From: Fimicolochytrium jonesii
Lineage: Eukaryota
DNA: 64,000 nucleotides
Assembly (NCBI RefSeq): GCF_025526975.1
Contig: NW_026515675.1
Span: 496,001-560,000 of the forward strand
Reading direction: 5' to 3'
In this document: positions 50,429 through 61,258 of the stretch, piece after piece
Numbering within the stretch: the first letter of the stretch is position 1
Layout of the letters: each line of letters opens with the position of its first letter
Made by a program: the position numbers and the translations under genes
Notes under the pieces: generated by a model
What the model was told of the DNA's origin: nothing
The model's input: the letters and a program-made list of their open reading frames with translations, nothing else
Database searches by the model: none

Positions 50429-51728
50429 TTATCCAAACAATGGATGCATCAGTTCTGGAAGACATCTTCGGCACTTCGTCACGGCGTCTACCTGAGGGAG
50501 TTTGGTAACCGCGTGAAAGGCAAAATCTTCGGCCGCCGTGCAGCATCGGCATCTGCATCGGAGTTCGTAGTAAGATATGTTCGCCTGAAGAATCGGAGAA
50601 TCGGAGATATGTTCGTCAAATCGGTCATCAAGATGGCCCAAAGAAAGTCCGTGTCAGGGAGGTCGTTTTGCAGTAGGAAGCGGAGGCTGTTGTGATGATA
50701 GTTTCTTAGGTGTTTGCCCTTGTTACTTGCGCGTCCGATGCCTAGGAAGACAACTTCCTTTGTGGACAACTTTGGGAGTTTGTTGAACCAACGCAATGCC
50801 ACACCCGTTCTGGCTTGAGTGAGGCGGTGCGCATCAACTCGCTCCTGGCGAATACTTCCGGGTGTAGTTACGCTCCGGGGTCCCGGTCTCCCATCCCTTA
50901 TGCATGTTCTGGAACAGCAGCCTTCTTTGGTGTTGGTAAGTGCATCAACTCGGAAAACTAGTGGCTGCTCCGAGTCTCTGCGTTACAGCTTGTACAGAAC
51001 GCCATATGCGCGAAGACATGGTAGGGATCGGGGCCAAGGACAAATAGGTCGCTGTGATCGGTTGATGCTGCGAAGGAGTACGCAGGGGCGCTCACGGCCG
51101 GAATGTCAAAAGGTTGATGCCAGGCAGAAACGGTGCCGGCGGTGAACGCGGACGCTTTTTGAGACTCGGAGGCGCTATTACTGATGGAATCCTTGTTGGC
51201 TTCTTCGTTGACGGGTACAGCGGGATGGTCGTTGTTGGCAGCGGGATGTTGGGCAACCTCTTGTTAGTTAGCCTCGTGATATTCGTGGATCATCGTCGGA
51301 GGGGGCACAATCAGTTGCAGCTTCGGACGCTTGCGGATGACCAATGGTGATTCTTCTTCGGGTCCTCGGCGCAGATTTGGTGTTTAAGATGGCGTTGGTA
51401 GTATGAAGATGGTGTCGTGGAATGTAGTGTTTTTCAGGATACTATTTAAGAAGGCAGGCCCATTTGATTTATCGCCAGCTTCCCGTGGAGATATGATGCA
51501 TTGTTGAGGAAGAAGTCCATTTTTGAGGGTATGTAGGCAGGCAGGCAGGCGTGATCTTCCATTCCTTGAGCATCTTTTCGATCTTAGCCTCTCCTTTGAA
51601 CAGCGTATCCAGCACCAACGCGGAGGTTTCTTTCTTGCGAGGTCCCAAAGCTCGCTAGACCCAGGGTTTCCCCCTCTGCTCCCATCCAAGCTCTCATCAT
51701 GTCGTAAGGAAGCGCCAAAAGCTCTCAA
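50429..51728 (-). pseudogene. Decayed Fanzor1/TnpB-like RuvC nuclease gene
   Basis: Across frameshifts and stops, in order: DLFVLGPDP (RuvC-I-like, D at 51029-51027), IRQERVDAHR, KEVVFLGIG..H..LRFLLQ, FDEHIS (RuvC-II-like, E at 50614-50612), CRCC (50551-50540), CRRC (50473-50462); RuvC-III not clearly preserved; 5' limit unknown. Confidence 0.55.
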
Positions 51729-52009
51729 TCTTTGCCTCCTTCACCCCACACTCCTGCGTCCTTTGGTCCAGTATTCCGGCATCCGACCCCTCAACAAACG
51801 CCCAGCACATAGCCTCGAAGCCGACGCTCCCGCCAGCGTGCCAGCAAAAGACCACAGAGCGTTCAATCCTCTTCGGGTCGTCCGACTCGGACATGGCCTC
51901 GAACGCTCCTATGAGTAGCCGGGTCACGCACCCAAAGAGCCGGCATGACAGGCGTTGGTTTGGGACACGATCTGGGTCCGCTGGTTTCTTGAATCCTCGC
52001 CTCCCCTTG

Positions 52010-52138
52010 TACAGTACCCTCGCAAAAAGCTGGCTCCCGTTCTAATTGAAATGAGCGTCCGCTTCACAAGCGGATGAGTCAGACGCCGCGACACTGACTT
52101 GATATTGGGGGGAGGGAGCTTTTTGCGAGGGTACTGTA
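52010..52138. mobile_element. 125-bp MITE of Tc1/mariner type with TA target-site duplication
   Basis: TA|CAGTACCCTCGCAAAAAGCT (52010-52031) and its exact reverse complement AGCTTTTTGCGAGGGTACTG|TA (52117-52138); CAGT...ACTG termini; no coding capacity. Confidence 0.85.
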
Positions 52139-52641
52139 TATGGAGTCTTGACAGTATCCGACAAGGCTTCAGAAGATTTGCGGTCGTCAGATACCTAGTT
52201 GGTCGCAAGTCGATCCTTTGCTTCTGAATTTGAAGTGCGGTACAAGCAGAGAAAAGGATGGTGTGAGAACGCCTTTCCCACGCCATCATCGTGTCGCCCA
52301 TCGCTTGTCTTTGGCGTTTTTCCCACGCTGTCATCCAGGCTGTCAAGATCAACCGTCGCAAGGCGCGCGAAGCTTGATGAGTCATGACCGCCGAATCGGA
52401 AGAGTTGGGGGGTGCGCAGCGGATTACCGAGTGAGTCGGAGTGAGTCTGTCCAGTCTCTCCGTGCGCGTGGGAATTCATCAGCCTCGGGAATCTCCACCG
52501 AAATCTCCCACTCCCTCCCTCTCCGACCGGAACGCCGCTGAGAAATCCAGTTTTGCCCTTCCCATACGGACGGCATGAACAACCCCCAGAATGTGATTCA
52601 CCGCTGGAATGAGAGAGGGCGGCTGGAGACAAGATATATAA
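52075..52641 (+). promoter_or_regulatory. RIB1 promoter: cluster of Gcn4/AP-1 sites plus TATA box
   Basis: TGAGTCA 52075-52081, perfect ATGAGTCAT 52377-52385, TGAGTC 52432-52437 and 52442-52447, TATATAA 52635-52641. Confidence 0.65.
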
Positions 52642-52927
52642 TAGCCGCTGACAGCCCCCCGACCGCCCGCCGGCGGAGGCAGCTCATATTATGTAACTAC
52701 AGTTAACCGAACCCACTCGCATCGAGTAAAAGCAAACGTCGAAGGGAACCAGAACGTTCGTTGCTTGCACCGGACGATCACTTTCACCGCTGTCACATGG
52801 CAAACCGACCGTTCACAGTCGAGACACCGAGTAGATAAAACACTAGATACCGCCATCTTGCAGCGTAGAACCTTTCGATCGGAGAGAAACAAAACAGCCG
52901 CATAAAACCCCATTGCCAGCGTCTGTT

Positions 52928-54137
52928 ATGCTGGACATGCTTGACGGTCGCCTCTCGGAGCAAAGCTCCCCCCTTTTCGCTTACTCAGAGGAGCGGGCAC
53001 CGTCGCCTTTCACAACACAGCAATCATCCAGTCATAGCCGCTCGAACGGTCTCGGATTCACAGCAGCAGTGCAGTCCATACCACCTTCAATGGTCCGCTG
53101 CGAAGTCCGCACGCGTCTCCCATCCGAGTTCGGCGGCGAGTGCCATGTGCACATGTACAGCAACAACAAAGACAACGAGGAGCATCTCGCGCTAGTGTAT
53201 GGAGAGGAAATTCAGAGCGCATCGTTGGAGGAGATGCGTTCGGATGACACGCCGGAGGAACGGATGCTGCGTGGTGTGAGATTCGTCGATGGAGTCTCAC
53301 AGGAGGGCGACGCACGGCAGCGAATGAAAACGACGCCGCCGTTGGTGCGAATCCACTCATGCTGCTTCACAGGAGAAACGCTGGGGTCCCTGAGATGCGA
53401 CTGCGCTGAGCAACTGAAGGAAGCGATGCGGATGATGGCGGAGGAAGGGAGCGGGATAGTGCTCTACCTGAACCAGGAGGGCCGCGGGATTGGGCTGAAA
53501 GAGAAACTGAGGTAACCATACCCACCATCGTACATGTTTTTCGCATGCGAAAATCTATGTTCTAAACTGGCCATCACCATTCAGAGCGTACAACCTTATC
53601 GATCTCGGGTACGACACGATGGCCGCCAACATCGCGCTCGGCCACCCAGCAGACGCACGGACGTACGAAATCGCCAGCGCAATGCTGAAGGACCTCGGCA
53701 TTCACAGCGCGAGGTTGCTGACCAACAACCCCGATAAACTACAAAGCTTGCAGAAGGATGGCATTGACATTGTAGAGCGAGTGCCTATGATTCCGGCGAG
53801 TTGGCGACGGTTGGGCGATGGGATGAAGGAGGTGGCGGATGCGACGGCGCATGATACGCAGACGCGCATGGATGCTGGATCGCAACCAACACCACCCGCG
53901 TCACCTGAACCGTCACATCACGACCCACATTCACGGCGCGGTCATGCTACAAATCCAGCGAGTTCGAGAGCGAGGCAACTGCAGGATAGAGACGAATACC
54001 TAGTCACGAAAGTGCAACGAATGGGTCACATATTGAACATCCCGTCGCAAGTGCTAGAGGCAGTGAATAAGTCCACTGCGTCCCATAGCCCCTCACCGAT
54101 GACTCCGGTGTCTGTCGGAGAAATTCAGTGGACATGA
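52928..54137 (+). CDS. RIB1: GTP cyclohydrolase II (riboflavin biosynthesis)
   Basis: [83 protein letters not shown]; one intron. Confidence 0.96.
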
Positions 54138-54474
54138 GACCAATTTCCTTCTCCATAGAGGACTTACGATGGAACACATGCCTGTGCTCGTCACTATTTG
54201 TATAATAATGTATTTTTATTGGCAGTTTACATCATTCCCGGTTATATCAAACTCATACGCGGGTATGGGAATCAGATGTACTGCTCCGACTGTATGAAAT
54301 TATTGTCCTGCGGACTATTGCAGGCTGGCAACTCGAAGGGGCCCAGAAAGTCGATGAGAGATGAAGGCACTGCCGTCCGTACATCAGTTGGTACGTGACG
54401 GAAACTCGCGAATATAGATATAAAAGGCGATGATTCTTTCAAGTGGAAAGGTCGTAGTTGAGGTCGATCGCGGA

Positions 54475-57400
54475 TCAAACGGAGGAGGCAGCTGCCCATT
54501 CGGCGCCCCAACGTTCGTACATCTTGATTGCAGTATGCTCGGCGTCGTCGTACGCTGCTGATGAGGAGGGAGGATGGGGTCAATCTTTTGCAAACACAAA
54601 CGATTGAAAGGTGGAGGTTACATAACATACCAGTCAGTTCGGGATGCACAGGAATACCGTCGTCGTTACCATCCAAGGCCGCCAGCTGTCGCATAATGAA
54701 CTTCCGATAAAATATAGCACTTTCGTCCAGGTAAGCTTGGACGTACTCCTCCACATTGGGGAACTGCTTCTGGAACTCCTGCATCCCCTTCAGTCCCGCG
54801 GCTTTTGTGGCCGGGCTGTTGAGTAAGTTCATTATTTGGCGCATCTCAAAGCGGCCACGGTCGTCAGGTCTCGCAGTCTTGAAAGCGCGATCGAGATTCT
54901 CACGACCGTCTTCGGACTCGGTCTGACATGCGGTGTCCGATCGGGGGCTGTCGGCGACGATGGTTCTTTTGCTTTGGCTCTCCGGGGTAGAGCATCGCTG
55001 GGCACCCATGATGGCTGCGTCGGTGTTTTCTGTCACGCTGCTGACTTTCTCACGCTGGTCAAACGCCTCCAAGTCCGGGAGTAACGAGGATGCAGACCCA
55101 GCAATATCCTTCAACATGTCGCTTGCGCTGACACTTCGCCACAAGGGGCTCGGCTGCACGGTGGTGGCGGTTCGCACAGCGCTGGCCCGTGGGGTGCCCT
55201 CGGACGGTAGTCCTTCGAAAAGGTCACCCTGCGAGCCTTCCGGTGTCTGGAAGTTGCTAGTCTGTCCCAATCTACGCTTCTCCATCACGCCATTGACGCA
55301 TTGTTTCGCAAAACCGGTCACCCAGGACGTCTCCTGGGCGGGGATGTTGCGAAGGTGAGGAAGCAAGTCCTCGCCGAGCGCCACAGCGAGTTTATGGATG
55401 GTAGTCTTCATGAGTTGTACTGGGACCATGCACTTCTCGATCCCGGTGTCTCTGGCAAGGGCGTGCCAGTGCCGCGAGGGCCGGGCGGAAACGAGTTCGT
55501 GCAAATCGGCGAAGAAACGACCGAGATCAAAACGGCCGGCATCGAGATCACCCGGAAGTGTCTTGGAGAGCTTCCAGACACATCGCTGGATGCTTTCCTG
55601 ATGTTTCATCTGTAAGTCGCGCTCTTCCCCTTCAGCCGTGTTCGCCAATTGCTCGGACGAGTCCATGATCAGCGTGAAGATGATACGAAGCATGGTCTCC
55701 CGTTCCACCTTGTCCAACACCCGGACGACAAGGACGTTCAAGACTCTCAAAATGCCATGACCTCCTGATAAGCGATCATCCCGGAGGTAAGGTTGATGGA
55801 TGGCGTAGAGCAGCTGGTTCATACATGAGTGTACGTCCTCGGGTTTGATTCGCAACACTGTGGCCGTCGACTGGAAAACGGTAACCATCGTGTTGATGAT
55901 ATGCTTTGTGAAACGCTCAGCGGCTGGGTCAGGGCCGCGTCGAAGGATATCGAGCCCATACGCGAGTCTCCCACCAAGTAAGGGCATGAGGGCATTGATA
56001 TTCTCGGTTAGCAGCTCTGGATTGCTATGCAGTCTTGCCTCAATTTCCTTGAATGATACGATGGCGGATTCAAGGTCGGAATCGTTGCTCCTCACAATCA
56101 GCATGTTCAATGATTTTTCCGAGAGACCTGGATGGGGGGCATCCAAACGGTTTTCTAATTCCCCGGGCTGAGATTGAGGAAGCGATAACTCCGACGTCGA
56201 TGATGATTTCGACATTCCCGCAAAGACAGGGGAGAAGTTGCGCGACCGGGGTGCCGGGAGCGAAACATCGGTCAGCGGGGCCGGAGGGAACGGTTTGTAC
56301 GGCTTGAAAGTGCGCTCAAACTCGGCTGCGCTTCCATTGGGGGCAGTGGGTTCCGTGATTTTTGCCGGCGAGTATGCTTTATATGGTTTGAAACCTCTTT
56401 CAAGTTCCTCAGCGTCCAGGGTAAATTGTTTAACTTTTGGCTTTGCCTTAGACGACAAATCGAAATCAATTTCCTTTCCGTAATCCCTCGAGGGACTCGC
56501 CGATGGCTTCTTCCCTCGAGGCGGTGAGCCGGAATTGACACTCAGTCGAGCTGTGGGGAGCCTCGAGGCCGACGCCGGGCTGATTGGTGCTTTAAGCGGA
56601 GGAGAGCGGCCAGACCCAGGTGGACTCCGCCGAGGTGGGGATGTCGTGGTTCCGCTTTTCGGGGATGTCCTGCGACTGCCCGGCGCCCCCAATCGGGTTG
56701 GACTTGCCCTTTGAGCGAGACTAACGCGAGTCGTTCCGGACGCCGTTCGGTTCGCCGCGGAGACGCGCTTCAACCGTTCCTCGACAAGAGACTTATCTTT
56801 GTCTGACATTTTGCCAATATGCTTGTAAATAGCTTCGCCCACGAACTGATGAGCCGCACAGACAACTCCAATGGCACCATTGCGGACGGTCGCGTCCCTG
56901 TCGGCAATGTGCGTAGCGATGATGGGAAAGATCTTGTTGGGGTTACAGACCGAAACGCCATTCCGTTGAATAAGGAATTGAAGCTCGTCCAGAAGTTCGG
57001 CACGGGTGCGAGCGTTCTTGGATTCGAGGCCTTTCATTAAATGCGTGAAGAGTTTGGAGGCAGGATACACACGGATGAGCTGTTTGAAAATCGCTCGCAC
57101 CCGGGCACGCATTGTTTCCTTCGGGTCGCCGACTTTGTTGATCAAGTAGGGTATAAAGGACGTGGCTTCGTATTCCGTAAGATGATAGCCTTCGTCGTCC
57201 AGCAGGGTGAAAAGGTGCTCGCATAGTTCCAGTGACTTCATGAACATGGACGTGTTCGTGTCGAAGAAGCGGAGGGTAATATATTTAAGTAGAAGGTCGG
57301 AGTTGGCGGTATAGCGGTTCTTTAAATCCTCCGGGGACATGTTCAATGCATTGGCGTAGGCAACGATGGACTCGACCCCATTGGCGATTGGAGTATCCAA

Positions 57401-60400
57401 TGAGGTCAATCCAGCAAGAAACTTCTTTTCCTTATGGTGGTCTGAGGCAAAGAGATTGCCGTGCACTTCCGGGGAGAAGTGCCCCTCGGACTGGTTTGCA
57501 AGCAGATCAACAAACTCTCTGCGCGGTGCATCGAATGACCACTTCGATAGACCTCTATCGGCTGAAGAACGGCTTTCCTTCGCATGGAAATCGGCGCTGA
57601 TCAGGGGAAGGCCGATTTCATTTGAGCTTTCGTAATCGCGGCGGCTGACTGCTGAACTTCGCGCCGCTACGGGAGCCTTCCGTGAGGCCGGTCGGCTCGA
57701 TGCTGTCGAGGGACGTGACGTCAAGGAGGTCTGGCTCGCCCGCTTTGGCGGTGTAGTTCTGCCCTTCGCCGGAGCGGTTTTTGGTCGGTCGGCGGGAGCG
57801 ATCTTTCTGAGAAGTTCTGCCTGTTCCTGCGCGACCTCAATTTTCCATTCCTCGGCAATTTCCACAGTCATGTCGATCAATTCCTTCATGGACTGCAACT
57901 GGGAGCCAGAGTATAGCTGCTCCGCCTTGTCTTGTATTCGTGATGGATGGTCGATTGTCCTTGCTATGAATGCAAGAAGCTCGGACGCGACCCGGCGAAC
58001 TGACGAATCTTTGTCCCCCATGCAGACGACAGTTGCATGTAGAATGCAATCCATATTCGGCGTGTTTAGTTCTCCAGTGTCGTCTAACCGGTCGACGATC
58101 CACTTCAAGAGTTCAAGCCGGGAGACACTATGGGCTTGTTCCAAGGCAAAGGCTAAACCTGGTAGCATCGGTTCGATGCCGACAGCCTGGAAAATGACCA
58201 TCAAAGTGGGTAATGCGGCGCCGCGAACGTGAGCTTTGGAATCATTCATTATGGTGGCGATAGGACCAACGAGCGCCTTCGCTGGTTTGGCAAACGGCTT
58301 GCCAACGGCGGCAGCGAGCCTTCCAACGACCTCTACGGCTGCCAGAGCGAGGTTCTTATTGGTGTCCGTCAAACGGTCCTTTAGCGCTGCGAACAGTGGG
58401 GAGTCACTGCTCAAGATTACTCGGTCGTTGGAGTCTCGCAGAAGGCCAGCCAGTCGATCCAGGCCTGCCTTTCGGGTATCCCATTGGGCATCGCAAAGCT
58501 GATCGATCAGATCCCCGTTGACTTGATCAGTAATGTTCGTCCGACCATGGGGATCGGGGTGCACGTCTTCCGCGCGAACCGGTGCCGCTGCCGCAGATGG
58601 TCGTTGCTTCGGTGCGGCTGCCTTCGCGGTAGTAGACTTTCGAGGCGGAGGTGAATTTGATTTTGGTTGCCCCGGTGGCGCTGGTTTCAGGGGCTTTACT
58701 GCAGGCGCAGATGCTGGTCGTTTCGCAGCAACCTTCTTCGCTGCAGGAGGAGGGGCAGCCTTAGCACGGATCTCGGCCTTGTCGAAGTACTCTTTAACTT
58801 TGGAAAGTTTCAAATGGTCGATTTTCTCCGTAGTGCTGGCAAGCACACGTTCCGTCACAACTTTCATAAACGTCCCGAAGGCCTCAGCGGCAGATTCTCT
58901 GACTCCCGCATCGCTGTCGTCGAGCGCCTTAGCAAGAGCTTCGCTGAGGATTTTGATTTCCGGCTTTCCTGGGACTTGACGGGTGTCCTTCAAAGAACGA
59001 GTTGCCCATTTCAATGATTCTGTCCGAACTTGGGGGTTTTTATGACCGACACCGCCGACGATGTCTTCTGCTATCGAATTAATGCCAGCGGCAAGATACA
59101 CCGCGTCTACAGCAGAGCGTAAGGCGTCGACGACGGTCTGCTTCTTCTCCTTGAATTTTTCGATGACGGGCGTAACCACAAGTGATTTGTATTGAGTAAA
59201 AGTGGTGCGTAAACCGCCGGCAATCGCAGCAATGCAATTCGCCGACGCAGTAACGACTAAAAGGTTGGCGTCGTTGATACGCTTTCCGAGCGCACCAACA
59301 AGTTCGCCGTATCGTCCATCTTCGAGCTTAGGTGCCTTGGCGACTTCGTACAAGGCTTCGAGTGCCTCCTTCCGGTCCTTCCATTTTGCAGAGGCAAGCT
59401 GCTCGTAGAAGTCCTTCGGGAGCTTGTCGAGGACATTTACCGGATCAAATAGATCCAGAGGTTCGGCAGCGTCCGGTTCTTCAGTGGCTTCGGCATCATC
59501 CGGATCGCCGTTGAGATCTTCGTCGACCTGCGGTACAGTGGCTTTCACCTGCTCCGAACGTAGAAGGCGTTCGGGCGTTGCCTTGTCGGTCGACGCAGCG
59601 GCGAATTGCTCAGTCAGTTCCTTAAGTTGAACCGGTTTCAAGTCGTTTAAAGTGCTGATCAACGCAGCGCCTAGCCAGCGGTGCAGCTCCATAGCGAGGG
59701 CTGTCCCTTCAGCTCGGACGTTCTTGTCCTTATGGTCAAAGATTTTCGGCAGTTGTTTGACAATCGGCTTGACACTGACCACGCGAGTGCCAAATTGTCG
59801 GATGGCTTCCCTGAGCGCAGTGATTGCTGCTGTAACGTTCTTTGGATTCTTGTGGGCCAAGGACGGCAGGATTTCTTCGATGATTGGGTCAGCCACATCG
59901 ATCTCGATATACATCAACAAAACATCGAGGGCCTTCTGCCGCGTGCCCGCTCTGACAGACCCGAGGCATTTGTCTACGATGCTTGATGCGAGTACACTCC
60001 TTGTCTTCTTGGCATTAGGAGCGTTCGTAACGTACGACATGACGGCGCCAAGTCCGGTTTCTTGTGCAACTGCATTGCTATCGGCGACGATTGCTTTGAG
60101 AGAATCCTGCCATTTCTTATATTCGGCATCGGCGTCCGGGTCGAGAGTAGCAAAGATCTTGCTGAGTTCGTCGTATGCGCCAGAGCGAGCCTTCCAGGAC
60201 TGCATGGGGATTTCATAGGGAGCGGAGTTAGAGCGGAGTTGGATTATGTCAGCCGTCATACCGTCATTACGTAACAGTGAACATTCATATGCTCACTAAG
60301 TAACCTCAGCCATCGAGTTCGAACGAACTTGGGGACATACCTTGTGCACAAGTCTCTCTTGCAGAGGCAAGCCCGAGAAATCTTCATCTGGAGTTGCCAT
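54475..60400 (-). CDS. STU2: XMAP215/ch-TOG/Stu2 microtubule polymerase
   Basis: MATPDEDFSGLPLQERLVHK|SWKAR (TOG1; intron 60200-60340), LASAKWKDRKEAL (TOG2), LCDAQWDTRKAGL, KWSFDAPR..KNARTRAE (TOG5), C-terminal CVWKLSK region; C-terminal splice pattern uncertain (end 54475 or about 54316). Confidence 0.93.
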
Positions 60401-60649
60401 TGATGAATGATGATTTATGTTTCAAAAGTGTCTATCTTCTGTAAATCTGGTTGGAAGGTGCAGGAGATTAGCGTCGCATTTCGATGATGGACAAAAGGCG
60501 GTAAGCAGCGCTAGTACCTTCGTCGCACTAGGAGAACAAGTTGGGATTGCCGGTAAGCATGTACGAGGGAAAGAAAAATGGGATACTTAGTCATTAAATC
60601 CCGGCGCTTGGATGGGATCGTTCAAAAATGAGAGCTGAAAACATACCTC

Positions 60650-60735
60650 TCGGTTCGAGAGAAACGACCGCCAGCCGAAAGCGGTGATGCAATCGCCGAC
60701 AAACACACAATCACCGCTTTGCGGCTGGGAACCGA
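60650..60735. other. Long imperfect hairpin (about 25 bp) upstream of STU2
   Basis: CCAGCCGAAAGCGGTGAT (60671-60688) pairs with ATCACCGCTTT-G-CGGCTGG (60710-60728); TCGGTTC (60650-60656) pairs with GAACCGA (60729-60735). Confidence 0.7.
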
Positions 60736-61258
60736 TTGGTGCGAACAAAAACTGCCGCACGGGTCGGGTGCTCAGAACACCTGCCTTCGCTGCTCGTTTG
60801 GGGTTGCTGGGGAATCTTTTCGAGATGCTTGTAGGTGCAGGGACCTCCCCGAGTCCGACGTTATGCGAACGTTGTTCCGTGAAAATGGGTGTTGGAGCTT
60901 GCAGATGGGGGCACGTACTGCAAGGTAATCTGGTTGGAGAAAACAATTGGGAATGACACAGGATGGGACTTTCACACAGAGGGGACGGACAGAAGCAGCC
61001 CAAAGTATCGGACGCGCCGGGCCACGAACATTAGCGCCAAACCGCATTTGAACAGCCGCACTCTGATCATTCAACATTAGACCTGGGCACTTTTGAAGCG
61101 ACTTTGTGCCAGAGCGGAGTTTGTTAGGGTTACGCTTGCTGCGGGGTGACTCGAGTCTGGACTCGAGTCTACCAGATTCGAATTCGTAGAAGTCCACCAG
61201 CTCCTCCCACCAAACCCAGCGATTTCAGTGCGAAACTATTTGAAAACAACCGGCAACC

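Noticed and set aside
51924..52632. Minus-strand ORFs 51924-52385 and 52195-52632
   Set aside because: They run through the MITE and the RIB1 promoter motifs and show no domain; treated as spurious
60590..60976. RNase MRP-like GAAAGTCCC ... GGGATTTA pairing on the minus strand
   Set aside because: Other conserved MRP regions not recognisable; a 7-bp pairing is insufficient
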